In this document: positions 1 to 13,000 of the stretch, in pieces | Numbering within the stretch: position 1 is the first letter of the stretch | Layout: the number at the start of each line of letters is the position of its first letter | Assembly: GCA_951406725.2 (NCBI GenBank) | Contig: OX597815.1 | Span: forward strand, 71,300,001-71,364,000 | Direction: 5' to 3' | Source of the DNA: Octopus vulgaris | Taxonomy: Eukaryota | DNA: 64,000 bases | Program-made: the position numbers and the translations under genes | Notes under the pieces: model-generated | The model's database searches: none | What the model was told of the DNA's origin: nothing | The model's input: only the letters and a program-made list of their open reading frames with translations

Positions 1-1010
1 TATCTCGAGCATCTTGATAGGATTTCAAATATACAAAGTTGTCGACTATAATAAGCAGAAGTTGTATCGATGATTGTGGAGTGTTCGTGTGCCTGAAGAC
101 CTAATAAACCAAGTGTTCGGTCCTGAAGACTGAGGCATAGATTTTCTTCATCTAAAATAATTGCTGAACTAATGCTTAGATATGAACTAATCCACGGATT
201 TAATAGACTATTCCATAAGACGGTGGATATTGAAACAGAAAACTCCATTGTCATCGATTGAAAAGACTCACATTTTGCAGATTGAGTTAACAGAAGAATC
301 ATACAAATTTATTGTGAGAAAAACGTTTTCATTTTTTTCAAGAACAAATAAGTACCATCCGGTACTTTCAATGTGTCTTCTGTGTGGTTCAACATCTTGT
401 CTATCAAACGTTATCGGCATCTCTAGACGACATCATCCCCCAGGACTACAAAAGAATGACGTTTCAAGGGTTCAGAAAGAAATAATATTTAAACTTTAAA
501 AGTGTATGAGTTAAAATGTGATATTTTGGTTATATAACTAGCACATTTGGCAGTAGATTATCTGGAAAACATATCGATTCTATTAAGAAAACACCAAATT
601 GAAAATATGGTAATGAAGTATAAGCATTTGTTTCAGGTGCCGGGTTTTGTGGGATGTTCATAAATAACATAGAAAACTCAATAATTTTTTGAAAGATAAT
701 GTCGGATAAACTGGAAGAAATGACTGAGGTCACATGGCTCAAACATTACAATGAAAATATGCCATTTATCTTATGAGTTGATGCGTTGTCATAGATTGTC
801 GAAGCGGTTCTGTCACAACGTAAAAATGGAGCTAGACATCCACGGGTTCATACATCTAAAACACTGAATATACATCAACGGCGATATTGGCAAATGAAGA
901 GGGATCATCTGTTATATTCGGTCTTCATAACTTTAATTCTTACGCAGACCACTTTTTGAATTAATCTCTAATCACAAGCAGTTAAAACACATATTCTCTC
1001 TGGCTTAACT
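1..1010 (+). pseudogene. Decayed Ty3/Gypsy pol fragment (RT to RNase H), running off the window start
   Basis: ORF 230-499 has HILQIELTEESYKFIV, similar to the RT segment AYLQITVDDEFSKYLTV in ORF 46014-46607. About 778-985 reads VDALS*IVEAVLSQRKNG..HTSKTLNIHQRRY..VIFGLHNF..ELISNHKQL (gypsy RNase H), with stops and frameshifts. Confidence 0.75.
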
Positions 1011-1356
1011 CCAGTAATAGGTACCGTACCGCTAAAGAGGTAAAATCGTATCGAAAGACCCTGACTGGTAGTCTACTGACGTCACTTGGAGCTCTACTCG
1101 ATGCTATTTTATATACAAAATATATAGAGAAAACTTTTTCTCCAGAAAAAATTCTGTAGTGAATACTTTTCGCATACTGGGGGGCATTACAAATAAATGT
1201 ATACAACTTTAGTTTCATCCCCTGCCTCTGCATTCTTTTCTGCTTCTTATATATAGTAACAATAGTTTCGGCTTAGCTCCAATGACCGAGATGGTATCTG
1301 TCAGTGAAGAGACAATATTACCCCGAAACATCACACACACATATATAGATATATGT

Positions 1357-1692
1357 GAAGGCGCATGGCTCAGTGGTTACAGCGTCGAGCTTACGACCGT
1401 GAGGTTGTGAGTTCGAATCCTGAACCGGGTTGCGTGTTGTGTTCTTGAGCAAGGCACTTTATTTCACGTTGCTCCAGTTCACTCAGTTATAGAAATGAGT
1501 TGTGACGTCACAGGTGCCAAGGTGTATCGGCCTTTGTTTTTCCCTTGGATTACACTGGTGGCGTGGAGAGGGAAGGCCGATATGCAGGGACGACTGGTGG
1601 TCTTCCATAAACAACCTTGCCCGGATTGTGCCTGGGAGGGTAACTTTCTAGGTTCAATCCCATGGTCATTCGTGACCGAAGGGGGTCTCCGG
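1357..1692 (+). mobile_element. tRNA-derived SINE, family A
   Basis: Pol III A box TGGCTCAGTGG (1366-1376) and B box GTTCGAATCC (1411-1420). The body TGTGTTCTTGAGCAAGGCACTTTATTTCACGTTGCTCCAG is shared with the copy at 4496-4755. Confidence 0.85.
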
Positions 1693-2265
1693 TATATATA
1701 TATAAAGAATAAAATATTTTGAATGACACAACAATGCACCATAATACAAACAATGCACTATAATAACTGTTGTAATTTAATCATCCATACTTTTTCGGAA
1801 GCGTCTCCGAAAAAAACAAAGAAAAGCCGTTGGAAAACCGATTTAGCAGCGATTCCATCAATTCCTAGGGATATCAGAAGAAGGAATTTTTATTCCGAAA
1901 TATCATATCAGACTATGGATGATTAAATTACAACAGTTCTTATAGTCCATTGTTTCTCTTATAGTACATTGTTGTGTCATTCAAACTATTTTATTCTTTA
2001 CAAACAATACACAATACTTTAAGCGAACTACAATACTCTCATATATATATATACACATACATATATGCATGTATACATACATACATACATACATACATAC
2101 ATACATACATACATACATACATACATACATACATACATACATACATACATAGTAATTTGCTGATGGCACTTGCAGCTCGTCTTTTCTCCAAGATCGAAAT
2201 ACCACAACAAATCCCTTCCCTTTCTAGTATTCAAGAATGAATGAAAAATAAATCTACACATCATA

Positions 2266-2427
2266 GGCGCAGGAGTGGCTGTGTGGTATGTAGCTTGCTT
2301 ACCAACCACATGGTTCCGGGTTCAGTTCCATTGCGTGGCAACTTGGGCAAGTGTCTTCTTCTATAGCCTCGGGCCGGCCAAAGCCTTGTGAGTGGATTTG
2401 GTAGACGGAAACTGAAAGAAGCCTTTC

Positions 2428-2493
<66 letters not shown>

Positions 2494-2720
2494 ATGTGTG
2501 TGTATGTGTGTTAGTGTGTCTGTGTTTGTCTCCCTGGCATTGCTTGACAACCGATGCTGGTGAGTTTATGTCCCCGTCACTTAGCTGTTCGGCAAAAGAG
2601 ACCGATAGAATAAGTACTAGGCTTACAAAGAATAAGTCCCGAGGTCGATTTGCTCGACTAAAGACGGTGCTCCAGCATGGCCGCTGAAACGAGTAAAATA
2701 GAAAAGAGAGTAAAAGAGTA
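2266..2720 (+). mobile_element. tRNA-derived SINE, family B (internal TA/TG microsatellite, CR1-like 3' tail)
   Basis: Head GGCGCAGGAGTGGCTGTGTGGT..GGTTCAGTTCC. Near-identical copies at 5219, 28857, 32516 and 62820-63246. Confidence 0.9.
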
Positions 2721-2759
2721 TTTTCATAAAAGAAACATTTAATTCTCTACGAGTGTAAT

Positions 2760-3800
2760 ATTATGCGATGTTGCTAGTGCTGTTCAAGTATACTGCATGA
2801 TATGAAGCCTGGAAGAACGCGAAAATGTTGATGCATTATCAAGTCTGACGATCGAATGATTAGGATTTTGGTGAAAATCATAAAAATCCTGTTTTCTGGA
2901 TTCGAAATACATCAAATTATTGATAAATGAAGTCTCCGTGGAATGTCGGTTTCCACTAAAGAAAAGGAATCAGCCATGAAGTCTGATATCGATAGTATTC
3001 GAATTCTACAAGTTGTCGATAATGATTGACCGGAAATAAATGAATGTTGAGCACGAATGTTTATGAGAACATTGGATAAAACGTGATGTAATTAATTATC
3101 ACGGGAATTTATTAATTTTTTTACAGTCTAATTTTCCTAGAGTAATTATTCCGAAAATATTACATATAGATTTTTGACTCGACTACATAAATGTCATTGG
3201 GGCATGGCCCGAATGAAACAAATGAGGCGAAGATACTGCTGTTACTGGTCGAAAATGCAATCTAGTATAGATACGATAATAAAATCATGTCCAGTAACTC
3301 AATCAATTGCTGATACACTTGATAAAGAATATCACGATTGGCCAAAACACATCTGACAATGAACATATTTCAACTACGATGGACCATTTCACGATAAAAT
3401 GTAGCTTATTGTCCGTGATACATTCTTGAGTATTATTCCATATGTTGCATTGTAGCATCGACATCAGCAACTAGTAATAAAATATGACCAATACTACTTA
3501 AAAGTTTCGCCATTCAATGCCTCTCCAAAACAATTATAGCCCAAAATGTAACTCAATTTACGTCATATGAATTTTTTTGAATTTTAATATCATCCGGCGT
3601 CAAATGCTGAAGTAAAGTGAGTTCTTAAAAACTTTCCAGCATGGAATTCGAAAAGCTTAATGAAAATGATTCATCAGTGAAAGAACGATCAAACTTTTTT
3701 TTTTAATTCTCATATCATTCTGCATTATATCCACCATTGGACAGACTATCACCAGCAGGAGTACTGCACGGCTGACAGTCATGAACGATTACGTTACTCA
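2760..3800 (+). pseudogene. Decayed Ty3/Gypsy pol continuation (RNase H end and integrase)
   Basis: ENVDALSSL at ~2821. ORF 3174-3356 RLHKCHWGMARMKQ..YW..IKSCP is an integrase zinc-binding region, followed by YDGPFHDKM*LIVRDTF (start of the integrase core). Confidence 0.8.
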
Positions 3801-4376
3801 TGTATAATAGCAGAAACGTTAGAATGACGAACAAAATGCTTTACAGTATTTCTTTTAGTTCTTTATGTTCTGAGTTCAAATATAACCGAGGTCAAATTTG
3901 TCTTTGATCCGTTTGGTAACATAAATAACAATCAAATACTTGAGTCTGCGGTACAGACTAACTCTTCCTCCAAAATTTTAGGTCTAGGGTCTTTGCAGGA
4001 AACGATCATTATTTCCTCCAGTTCACAATGAAGTAGAAAACACAGAAAAGCATTTCCCAGAAAATGATATATTGATCAGTAATAATTGAAACAAAACTAA
4101 ATAAATTTATTGCACAATCTCGAAAAGCTACTGTTGTTCACTAATGTATGTGACTCGGATGGTCAAGAGTCAAGAGAAACATCCCCAGAATGAGATTCGG
4201 TTGCCGATGCATCGAACTAATCTGATGACTATTGCGCGAAACAGATTCATAACCATCGTCGCCACCTCCATTTGACGATCCACCGTTATTGCCAGAATTT
4301 CTACGACTGTGCAGATCCACTAAGCATCGATATGTACAGCTACTAAATTCACCATCATCAATCAATCAATCGATCG

Positions 4377-4448
<72 letters not shown>

Positions 4449-4495
4449 TACATATATATACATACATACATACATATATATATAATGCATAGAAT

Positions 4496-4755
4496 CTAAA
4501 GTTTCTAAAGTTCATTCCCGAGTCATTATAGATTTATATGGCCGATTTCCGGCTTCTATGGCGTATATATTACCTACCTTGACGGGTCACCGGTCCGTTG
4601 CAGGATTACTCATTTTTCCCAGCTGAGTGGACTGGAGCAAGGTGAAATAAAGTGTTTTACTCAAGAACACAAAGCGTCGCCCGGTCCTGGAATCGAAATC
4701 ACAATCTTACGATCATGAGTGCAACACCCCTAACCACTGAGCCCCACGCCACCAC
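4496..4755 (-). mobile_element. tRNA-derived SINE, family A, with a 14-bp TSD
   Basis: Reverse-complement head GGCTCAGTGGTTAG..TTCGATTCC. Direct repeat ATAATGCATAGAAT at 4482-4495 and 4756-4769. Confidence 0.85.
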
Positions 4756-5218
4756 ATAATGCATAGAATACTCTTTGTTCATGCTTGCTTACAAAAAGAT
4801 ATACGAATAAGTACTACACACATAGTGAACATCCTCAATTTCAAGTCCAGTTATGCCAAAAATGCAGTAGGCGTTCTACATCACCATTTATTGGCAAAGG
4901 GAGGGCCGGTTGCAGATGTCACGTAGCTGGGTATTTAAACTCACGTCATGATGATTTGCCAGTTTTCTGCATCACGTATGCAACATATAAAGTATAAATA
5001 TCGATTGCATTTTCAGCGATCTTACTTTACACGGAGTTCACAAACTTGCCAATCTAAAGTTTTACTCAACAATTCGCACCTTCCGTTGCACCTTTTGGAT
5101 TTATGTGCGTGCGTGTGTGGGGCGTATACTCACATATGTACATACATTTACGTGCATATACATATGTATGTATGTGCATATATGTATACACACACACGCA
5201 CACATTTATATATACATA

Positions 5219-5600
5219 GGCGCAGGAATGGCTGTGGTAAGTAGCTTGCTTACCAACCACATGGTTCTGAGTTCAGTCCCACTGCGTGGCACCTTCGGCA
5301 AGTGTCTTCTACTATAGCCTCGGGCCGACCAAAGCCTTGTGAGTGGTTTTGGTAGACGGAAACTGAAAGAAGCCCGTCGTATATATGTATGTGTGTGTGT
5401 GTGTATGTTTGTGTGCCTGTCCCCCCAACATCGCTTGACAACCGATGCTGGTGTGTTTACGTCCCCGTAACTTAGCAGTTCGGCAAAAGAGACCGATAGA
5501 ATAAGTACTAGGCTTACAAAGAATAATTCCCGGGGTCGATTTGCTCGACTAAGTGCGGTGCTCCAGCATGGCCGCAGTCAAATGACTGAAACAAGTAAAA
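5219..5600 (+). mobile_element. SINE family B, full length
   Basis: Collinear with 2266-2720; ends GCGGTGCTCCAGCATGGCCGCAGTCAAATGACTGAAACAAGTAAAA. Confidence 0.9.
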
Positions 5601-5674
5601 GTGCATATATACATACATACATACATACATACATACATACAAAATACATTTAGAAATCTTGAGATAAAACTGAA

Positions 5675-5891
5675 TAATTCTTTCTATTATAGGCACAAGC
5701 CCTGAAATTTCGGGGGAGGGGACTAGTCGATTACATCGACCCTAATGTTTCACTGGTACTTAATTTATCGTCCCCGAAAGGATGAAAGGCAAAGTCAATC
5801 TTAGCGGAATTTGAATTCAGATCGTGCAGACGCACGAAATGTCGCTAAACATTTTGCCCGACGTGTTAACGATTCTGCCAGCTCGCCGCCC
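5675..5891 (-). mobile_element. SINE family C (head GGCGGCGAGCTGGCAGAA)
   Basis: Reverse complement of the family C head and core (GCCTTTCATCCTTTCGGGG) seen at 50497; carries the alternative tail CTTGTGCCTATAATAGAAAGAATTATT. Confidence 0.85.
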
Positions 5892-5892
5892 C

Positions 5893-5972
5893 TGTTGATG
5901 TTGTAGAAATTCCAGTGAAAGAACCCGGCTTTTTCTCTATTGGCAAGAAATCTTGAATTAAAACTGAATAAT
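5893..5972 (+). mobile_element. Short 3'-terminal stub of an R4/Dong-like LINE followed by (ACAT)n
   Basis: 5940-5972 matches the 3' end of the element at 27685-27717 in 30 of 33 nt. A further partial copy lies at 5652-5678. Confidence 0.6.
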
Positions 5973-6016
5973 TACATACATGCATACATACATACATACA
6001 TACATACATACATACA

Positions 6017-6048
<32 letters not shown>

Positions 6049-6101
6049 ACCCTCACTAACATTGAGGGAATTTGGTACGCAGAAATTGTGGAAGCTCGTT
6101 A

Positions 6102-6141
<40 letters not shown>

Positions 6142-6622
6142 TAGTATATATATCTTTATATATATAAAACTGAGAATGTGTGTCTGTCTGTCTGTCTGTG
6201 TGTTTCCCTAAAACTTGAGAACTACACAACCAATTTCATTCAAATTTTACACATGCCTTACTTAGGGTCCATGGGCAAAAAAAATGTTCAACTTCTTGCC
6301 TAGAGCGAGCCCATAGCAATATCATATCTTCTCCACTATTTCAGTATTACGTGTTAAAAGTGAAACAAAAATATTTCTCTATTTTATGTCAGATGCTTTC
6401 ACTTTAACAATAAAAATAATAATAACAATTGAATTATATGTAGTAAGTAATAATTAAAATCAAACTAAAGTATAATATAATCGTAACATACAAAAGTAAA
6501 AATAGCAATTGGTATAAAATTGCATCAATGATTTGAACTTGAATAAGTGGTTTCACTTGAATGGGAATAAATCAAAAATAAAATTAGCGTGCAGAAATGG
6601 AATAGTCCTACAATTCCAGTCT

Positions 6623-8515
6623 TCATTGACTTGGTTAGTTAATTTTTGTGTGAACTGTTAAATTGGAAAAAAAGTTGAATCGCGAGAGGCGCTTGCCGCC
6701 ACGTGTTGGAACCTTATTATAGAAGGTGCGTCGACCCTCAAGTCATGGAGACTTACGCGGGGGGCGCCGCAACGAAAAGTGATGAGCCTCTTATAGTAAG
6801 AGAAGTGTTTTTTAGAAAAGAACAATTATTGGACTATGAAAAATTCATCAAAGGGAGGGTGACAGCGTAAAGCTGGTCCCACCTGCTGAAACGATAGAAG
6901 ACAAAAATAATAAGACTATAACGTACAGGACGCAAGACAGGATTACATAAAAATTGGTGAGAGTAACGATAGAAGAAATTGAGAAATGTCTGGGGGACAT
7001 TATGAAAAAGGCAACGTACGTGAACAGAGGAAAGAAATATGGTACGGTGGAGGTGAGATGCGCAACAAAAGAAGTTGCGGCCTCGTTAGCTTCCACGGTA
7101 CTAAAAGCTGAAAACTTCATCATGTGGCCTACATATAAAGGAAAAAGAGGGGTACGGGTAAAGATCCCAAAGGTGCCGCCAGAAATAAAAACAGAAATGT
7201 TGGTAACAGCTATTCTAGGGTCAGCGAAGGAGGAAATAGAAATAGGGTCGATCAAGGAGACCAATGTTGTGAACTGGAAGGGATTCGGAGTGGAGATGTG
7301 GCTGATGGCCACAATAGAAGACATAGAAAGGTTTCCCTTCCAAATTGAACTAGAAAATGAGAGAACAATGGCCGTAATTGTGGAGGGGAGAAAGCCGAAC
7401 TGCTACTTGTGTGGGTCAAGAGGACACATAAGAAAGGAATGTCAGCTATATGAATTCACAGCGGAGAAGGAAATGGAGCGAAAAAAGACACAAAGTGGAG
7501 AGACAACGGAAGAAAACAAAAAAGAGAATGAAAAAAAACACGAAGGAAAGAACAGCGAAAGCAAGGAAAAGGAAATAACGGTGAAACAACAAGAGAAAGG
7601 AAGTAACAACACACTGAAGGAAAATGAAATCAAAGGGAAGAAATTAATAGAAAAGGAACAAAATTCACAGGGCAAAGAAGTAATAGAGAAAGAACCAAAA
7701 CAGAATCAAGAGAAAGAAAAGGAAAGTACACTAAAGGAAAGAGAAAAAAACAGGGAATAAACAAGAGAAGGAACAGAAGCAAGAGAAAGGAAAAGATGGC
7801 ACACGAAAAGAAAAAGAAACAACAGGAAAGGAACATAAGGCACAGGGTAGAGAAACGACAGACAAAGAGCCAAAAAGACAAGAGAAGGAAAAAGAAAGAA
7901 GAGAAAACAAAAAGAGAGAAAGAGAGAAACCGAGAGAGGAGAGCAAAGAGGAAATAAGTCCTAAGAGGAAGACTAGAGAGAACAGGCGATACAAATTCTA
8001 TGGAACGTTGGTCTATCACAGGCATTATGAGGAGATGGAAAATGTGATAAACGAAACAGATGGATATACATGGGTCAGGACGGGCACCGAATGGAAAGAA
8101 ACGGGTGCACTAGTTCACGAGGACGGCGCCGATGCATTACTAGGCAGCCGGTAAGAACGTGTTAAAACACATGAAATGCCGACTTGTAAGGTGGCCAAGA
8201 ACAATGGAGAACTATGAAGAATTGGTCGAGGTAATGGAAAATATTTTTTTGAAAACTTTATTGGTGAAAAGAATTTTAAATTCTACAAAATGTTGAAGTG
8301 ATAATACACTCTGAAAATTTTTTTGAAATATATGTAAAATGATTTTGAATTTTATTGTGAAATGTGTCTTTGAGAAAAAAATGACGAAATGTAACCACTC
8401 GATTTCGGGGATCGAGTGGGCATTACACCACATTGTACAAATTCCATAACTCATTATTTTATTTTTTCCCGATTGTATTGTCCCCTCTATGTTTCCCCTT
8501 GTGGGTAGGAATAAA
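6623..8515 (+). mobile_element. ORF1(gag)-only non-LTR retroelement related to the adjacent Tx1-type LINE
   Basis: Flanked by the 13-bp direct repeat ACAATTCCAGTCT (6610-6622, 8516-8528). Its ORF1 is homologous to the neighbour's ORF1, no EN/RT is present, and the last ~45 nt are nearly identical to 13571-13617. Confidence 0.8.
6745..8153 (+). pseudogene. Disrupted ORF1/gag-like protein with one CCHC zinc knuckle and a long E/K-rich tract
   Basis: Probable start METYAG at 6745, then a frameshift and a stop. ORF 6954-7760 contains TYVNRGKKYGTVEVR and CYLCGSRGHIRKEC. The 3' end is approximate. Confidence 0.75.
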
Positions 8516-8760
8516 ACAATTCCAGTCTGTTATATATTGTAAGTTGTTCTATTTCCACTGTTATATTGAAGTACTGTTGATTTTGTCTATATTGTCTGTT
8601 TTTGTGCAATAATTATTATCAGCCTTCGCGCGAGGGCTTCGTGTTAGAGTTCCCCCCCTCCGTGGGGGGAAAATTACTGTTTATTTGCACATACATTTGA
8701 GGCTTGCGAAGCCGAAACAATTTTGTTGTATTGAAAGGCTTGTTAAGCCAGTCTTCGGAG

Positions 8761-10023
8761 ATGGACTCCGATATCTCCAGTTCACCAGTGACAAGTGACG
8801 AGAGTTCACCGGCGGTGTCGCCGAGAAAAGAAGAAACCCCAGCGCCAGCTAGGAAGTTTTCCGAAGTGGCCGGGAAAAAAAAAAAATAAATACAGAGAAC
8901 CTGGAAAAATACGCAGACTGTTTTAAAAAGGAGGGCACAGAAGTAACGGTGTTTACGAATGTCCAAAAACAAGAAGAAATTGAAAAGAAAAGAATCATAT
9001 ACAAAACGTTCAATATTACAAGCAAGTCTATTCAAAGAATAGAGGAAAAAGAGATCGAAAATTGCCTAAAGCCGATATGGAATAAGATTACTTACATTAA
9101 TCGCGGGAAAAAATACGGTACAGTGGAAGTGAGATTTGCAACGGAAGAAATAGCCAAAAAGCTATCTACGGAACCTATGAAAGCAGAGAATATTGTTCTC
9201 CTCCCTCTGTATAGAGGCAAAAGAACCTCAAGAATAACAATCAACAATATTCCCCCAGAAGCGGACGCCACATGTCTGGTGGCAGCAGTTATGGCAGGCC
9301 TGGAGGACAAAATAAACATCCTCCAGGCTACAGTAGAAGAGGAGGAAAGCTGGAAAGGGCAGCGTATCTCAATGGTCATTCAGGCAGAGGTACAAACCCT
9401 CGAAGAAATACCAGAGACACTGAAAATCAGTGAGGAGGAAAGAGTCGTGGTCTTCGTGGAGGGCAGAAAGCCGAGGTGCTTCGGCTGCGGTAAGAAAGGG
9501 CATGTGAGGGCAGAGTGCCAACCCAAACCGCAGGAAGCAGCTCAACCAGAAAAAAAAAATGGAAGAAGTGTCACCAGAAACAACGCCAGACAGCCCAGAA
9601 GGGACAACTGAAGGTGAGGAGGTGACAGATGCAACAGAATCAGCGGCGGAGGTAACAGAAGAAGCAAAAAGCGAGGGGTGGTCAAAAATCACTAGGAAAA
9701 AAAGAAAAACTGAAACCACCCCTCCGAAAGTGAGCCAAAAGAAAAAAAAAGAAACATTGAACTCATTTATGGCCATTAAGGCCTCAAATAATAGACTCAT
9801 TAATGTGTTGGCAGCTATGGCCAAAGTAGAAAAAAATTTTTTTTTAATGATTTCATACTGTACAGAATAGGCCGGAGGGATTACGGACGGATGAAGTCCG
9901 AATTTTTTCATGACGTGGGCCCTCTCAGAATCGACATATATATACGAAGGCCTGCGTCAGACTCCCCCACGAGTCCGGGAAAAAGACAAAAATGAAGAAG
10001 AAAAAGTCGAACCACTGATATAA
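8761..10023 (+). pseudogene. Tx1-type ORF1 (CCHC zinc knuckle), frameshifted
   Basis: ORF pieces 8704-8889, 8949-9611 (TYINRGKKYGTVEVRF; CFGCGKKGHVRAEC) and 9559-9870. Breaks fall at A runs. Confidence 0.8.
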
Positions 10024-10031
10024 GGTAAGTC

Positions 10032-13000
10032 ATGGATTACATTTATGTTGGTTGTTTAAATGTGCGCGGCCTGGGATCAAACTGGAAGCAAGGTCGCTTC
10101 CTTAATGATATCAGGTCGCATAATTTGGATGTTATTGTTGCTACAGAAACCCGGTTAGAGGGGCCAAGAGGTCTACTCCCGCTGTTTGGCGGCTACGAGA
10201 GTTTTTTTCTCTCCGGCCAGTCCTACCGGCGGGGGTGGGGTGTTGGTCCTATAAAAAAGAAACCGGGTTTTTGAGAAAAAGTTAATTTTTTCACACCCAG
10301 AAGGTAGGCTGGTCGTCATGGATTTGACGTTCAGTAACGGTAAAGTTATCAGACTGGTTGCAATTTACGCACCCAACCAAAAAGGGCAAAGTGATTATTT
10401 TCGAGAACTGGATAACTTTCTTGGTACTTCGCATTCATTAGTTGTGCTAGGAGACTTTAACACAATTTGCAAAGCGGTTGTAGATTGTGTTGGCTTGCGT
10501 CCAGATAGAAAAGGTAACATTGGCTTCCTGGAACTGCTAAGCCGCTTTGAGCTAGCAGATCCTTATAGGTTGGAATTTCCGAACGCTCCATTGTGGACAT
10601 GGTCAAGCAGCGACGGATCTTCCAGGTCATACATAGATAGGATACTAATTAGAAAAGTAGACAGAAAAATAGCTAAGTGTCCACAGTTTTACCTGGTCAG
10701 CTACAGTGATCATAAAATGGTCACCTGTAAGCTTGACATAGATATGGTTAAAAATAGAGGCTCCGGTTATTGGAAACTTAATACGTCCCTTTTGGCGATT
10801 AAGGAGTACAGAGACCGGATTAGGACTATAATTCAGAGGGCGCTATCTGGTGCCATCATTAATAACAAATGGTGGTATGCCCTCAAGTGAGCCATCAAAT
10901 TCGATTCTATTAGATATAGCATAGGATTAGTGGCTAGAGAGGCTGGGAGGGAATCTACTCTAGTTAAGGAATTAGAGGAAGCCTTGAAAACTGGCTCTGC
11001 GGCTCAGGTGACGGCCAAGAGACTGGCGTTAAACCAGCACCTCGAGGCCAAACACATGGGCTGCATTGTCAGGGCTAGGATCCGAGCAATGGATTGTGAA
11101 GGAATCAACGCCGTGAGATGGGCTCGAGTGGTGGAAGCTCAGCGTGGTAACGACGTCACAATTCGATCTATGACGAACCAACGAGGTGAGTTGATAAACG
11201 AGCCCGAGGAGATGTGTGAGGCTTTTCAGGAGCACTTCGCTCAGCTTTTCGGTGGAGGCGGCGGACTGGATAAGAGGAGGGCCTTTACGGACCTCCTCGA
11301 CAGGCTGCCGCACCTATCGGGGTGAGATGCGGAGGGCTGTGAAGGGCCAATCACGCCTGGGGAGGTGGTTGAGGCGATGGCGGACTGCGGCGCGGGCAAG
11401 GCGCCGGGTTTAGATGGTCTACCCTATGAGTTATATAAGAGTATGCCAGACTTGTTCGGGCACCTACTGGCGGTGGTCTATGCGAACTGGCAGCAGAACG
11501 GGTTCATACCCAGATCTGTGCGCCGGGGAGTGGTGACACTCGTCAGATAGGACCCGAGCAAGGGGGAGTGCATTGATAATTTCAGGCCCATCACTCTGCT
11601 AAACACAAAGTTGAAGATTTTGGCCAAAGTGTTATCGAAAAAATTGGCGCGTGTCGCGGATGGTCTGATCGGGGAGGCACAGACATGTGCCGTTCCCGGC
11701 AGAACCATTCAGGATAATCTCCATCTTATGCGGTACACTATAGAGGGGTTTAATAGTGATTCTGGCAAGGGTGGGGCACTGGTCCATTTAGACCAATCTA
11801 AAGCATTCGATAGGGTCGACCATCGCTACCTGGTGTCTGCCCTGGCACAGTTCGGACTGGGCCTTGGCTTCCTCAGGTGGATTATCCAAATTAACATTGA
11901 CTCGGTAGTTCGGGTAAACGGCTTCTTGTCGAAGCCGTTCAACATCAAGCGCTCGGTTCGTCAAGGGTGTCCGCTTTTGAGCCATTACTGCGAAAACTGA
12001 GCGGCATCCCGAGACAGCCAGGTTGTGGAAAATCGGTGTCAGCGTACGCGGATGACATCACCATCATCGTAACCGAAATGGATCACCTACAGAGGGTAGG
12101 CAAGGCCATAGAGGTTTACGAGACGGTGACAGGAGCAAAGGTTAATCATGAAAAGTCAGTCGGCTTGCAACTCGGCACCTGGAGAGGCAAGTCGATGCCT
12201 CCTAACAGCGTCGTGGGACGTTGGACGGAGGGTCCGATTAAGTTGCTAGGGGTTTGGTTCGGTCCAGACCTCCAAATAGAGAAGAATTGGGGCGAGGTAA
12301 CGAGCAGGATGGCTGCAGTAGCCAAGATCAGGTCTTGGCGGTGGCTATCCCTGAAAGGGAGGGCGGAGGTAGCCAATGTGTTTATCGCATCGGTTATCAC
12401 CTACCGCCTTTCCGTCGTTCCTTGCCCTGATTCGTGGTTGAACAAGTTGGAAAGACAGCTCTTCTACTTCTTGTGGAAGGGCGGGAAACCACTTGTGAAA
12501 CGCTCTACTTGCTGTCAACAACCGTTAAAGGGTGGGCTAGAGATGCCTTGGCTGATGATGCGCAGACATGCGCTGAGGTTAAGACATCTGTGGCTCTACC
12601 TGGATGGTGAACGGGTGTGGTCTCCGCTAGCAAAACTGATGTTTCCCAAGTTCACTAGTTTCGGTGGATGGGAAACCTGGCTGAATCGTAGATCGAAACT
12701 GGGCACATGGTACACGGAGTGTCGCAAGGCTCTCCTGCTTTTCCGTCGCTCGGGCAACGCCTGCGGTGGGGGTTCCACCACATTCTTCTATAGAGGGTTG
12801 GTAGAGGTTGAATGTGAAGATACCTTGGGGGAAACCCTAGGTCTCGACGATAATCAGCTGGCCAGTCTGTTCCGACGTACGTTCGAGCCGAAGACCCTGG
12901 ACAACTTCCAGAAGTCTCTGGCGTGGCAATGTTACAGAGGAGCTCTAGCTGTTCGGGATAAACTCGCAAGGCACGGTGGCCAAGACAGTCCGATATGTCC

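Noticed and set aside
982-1233. CACTA-transposase-like motif FICNAP in a minus-strand ORF
   Set aside because: Only a few residues match and no further motifs are present; the neighbouring DNA is explained by plus-strand Gypsy pol and an unrelated repeat.
1360-1425. tRNA gene (also 2266, 5219, 32889)
   Set aside because: The A/B boxes continue into multi-copy SINE bodies and no convincing complete cloverleaf is seen.
6848-9911. Minus-strand ORFs opposite the two ORF1 genes
   Set aside because: Antisense shadows of purine-rich coding strands.
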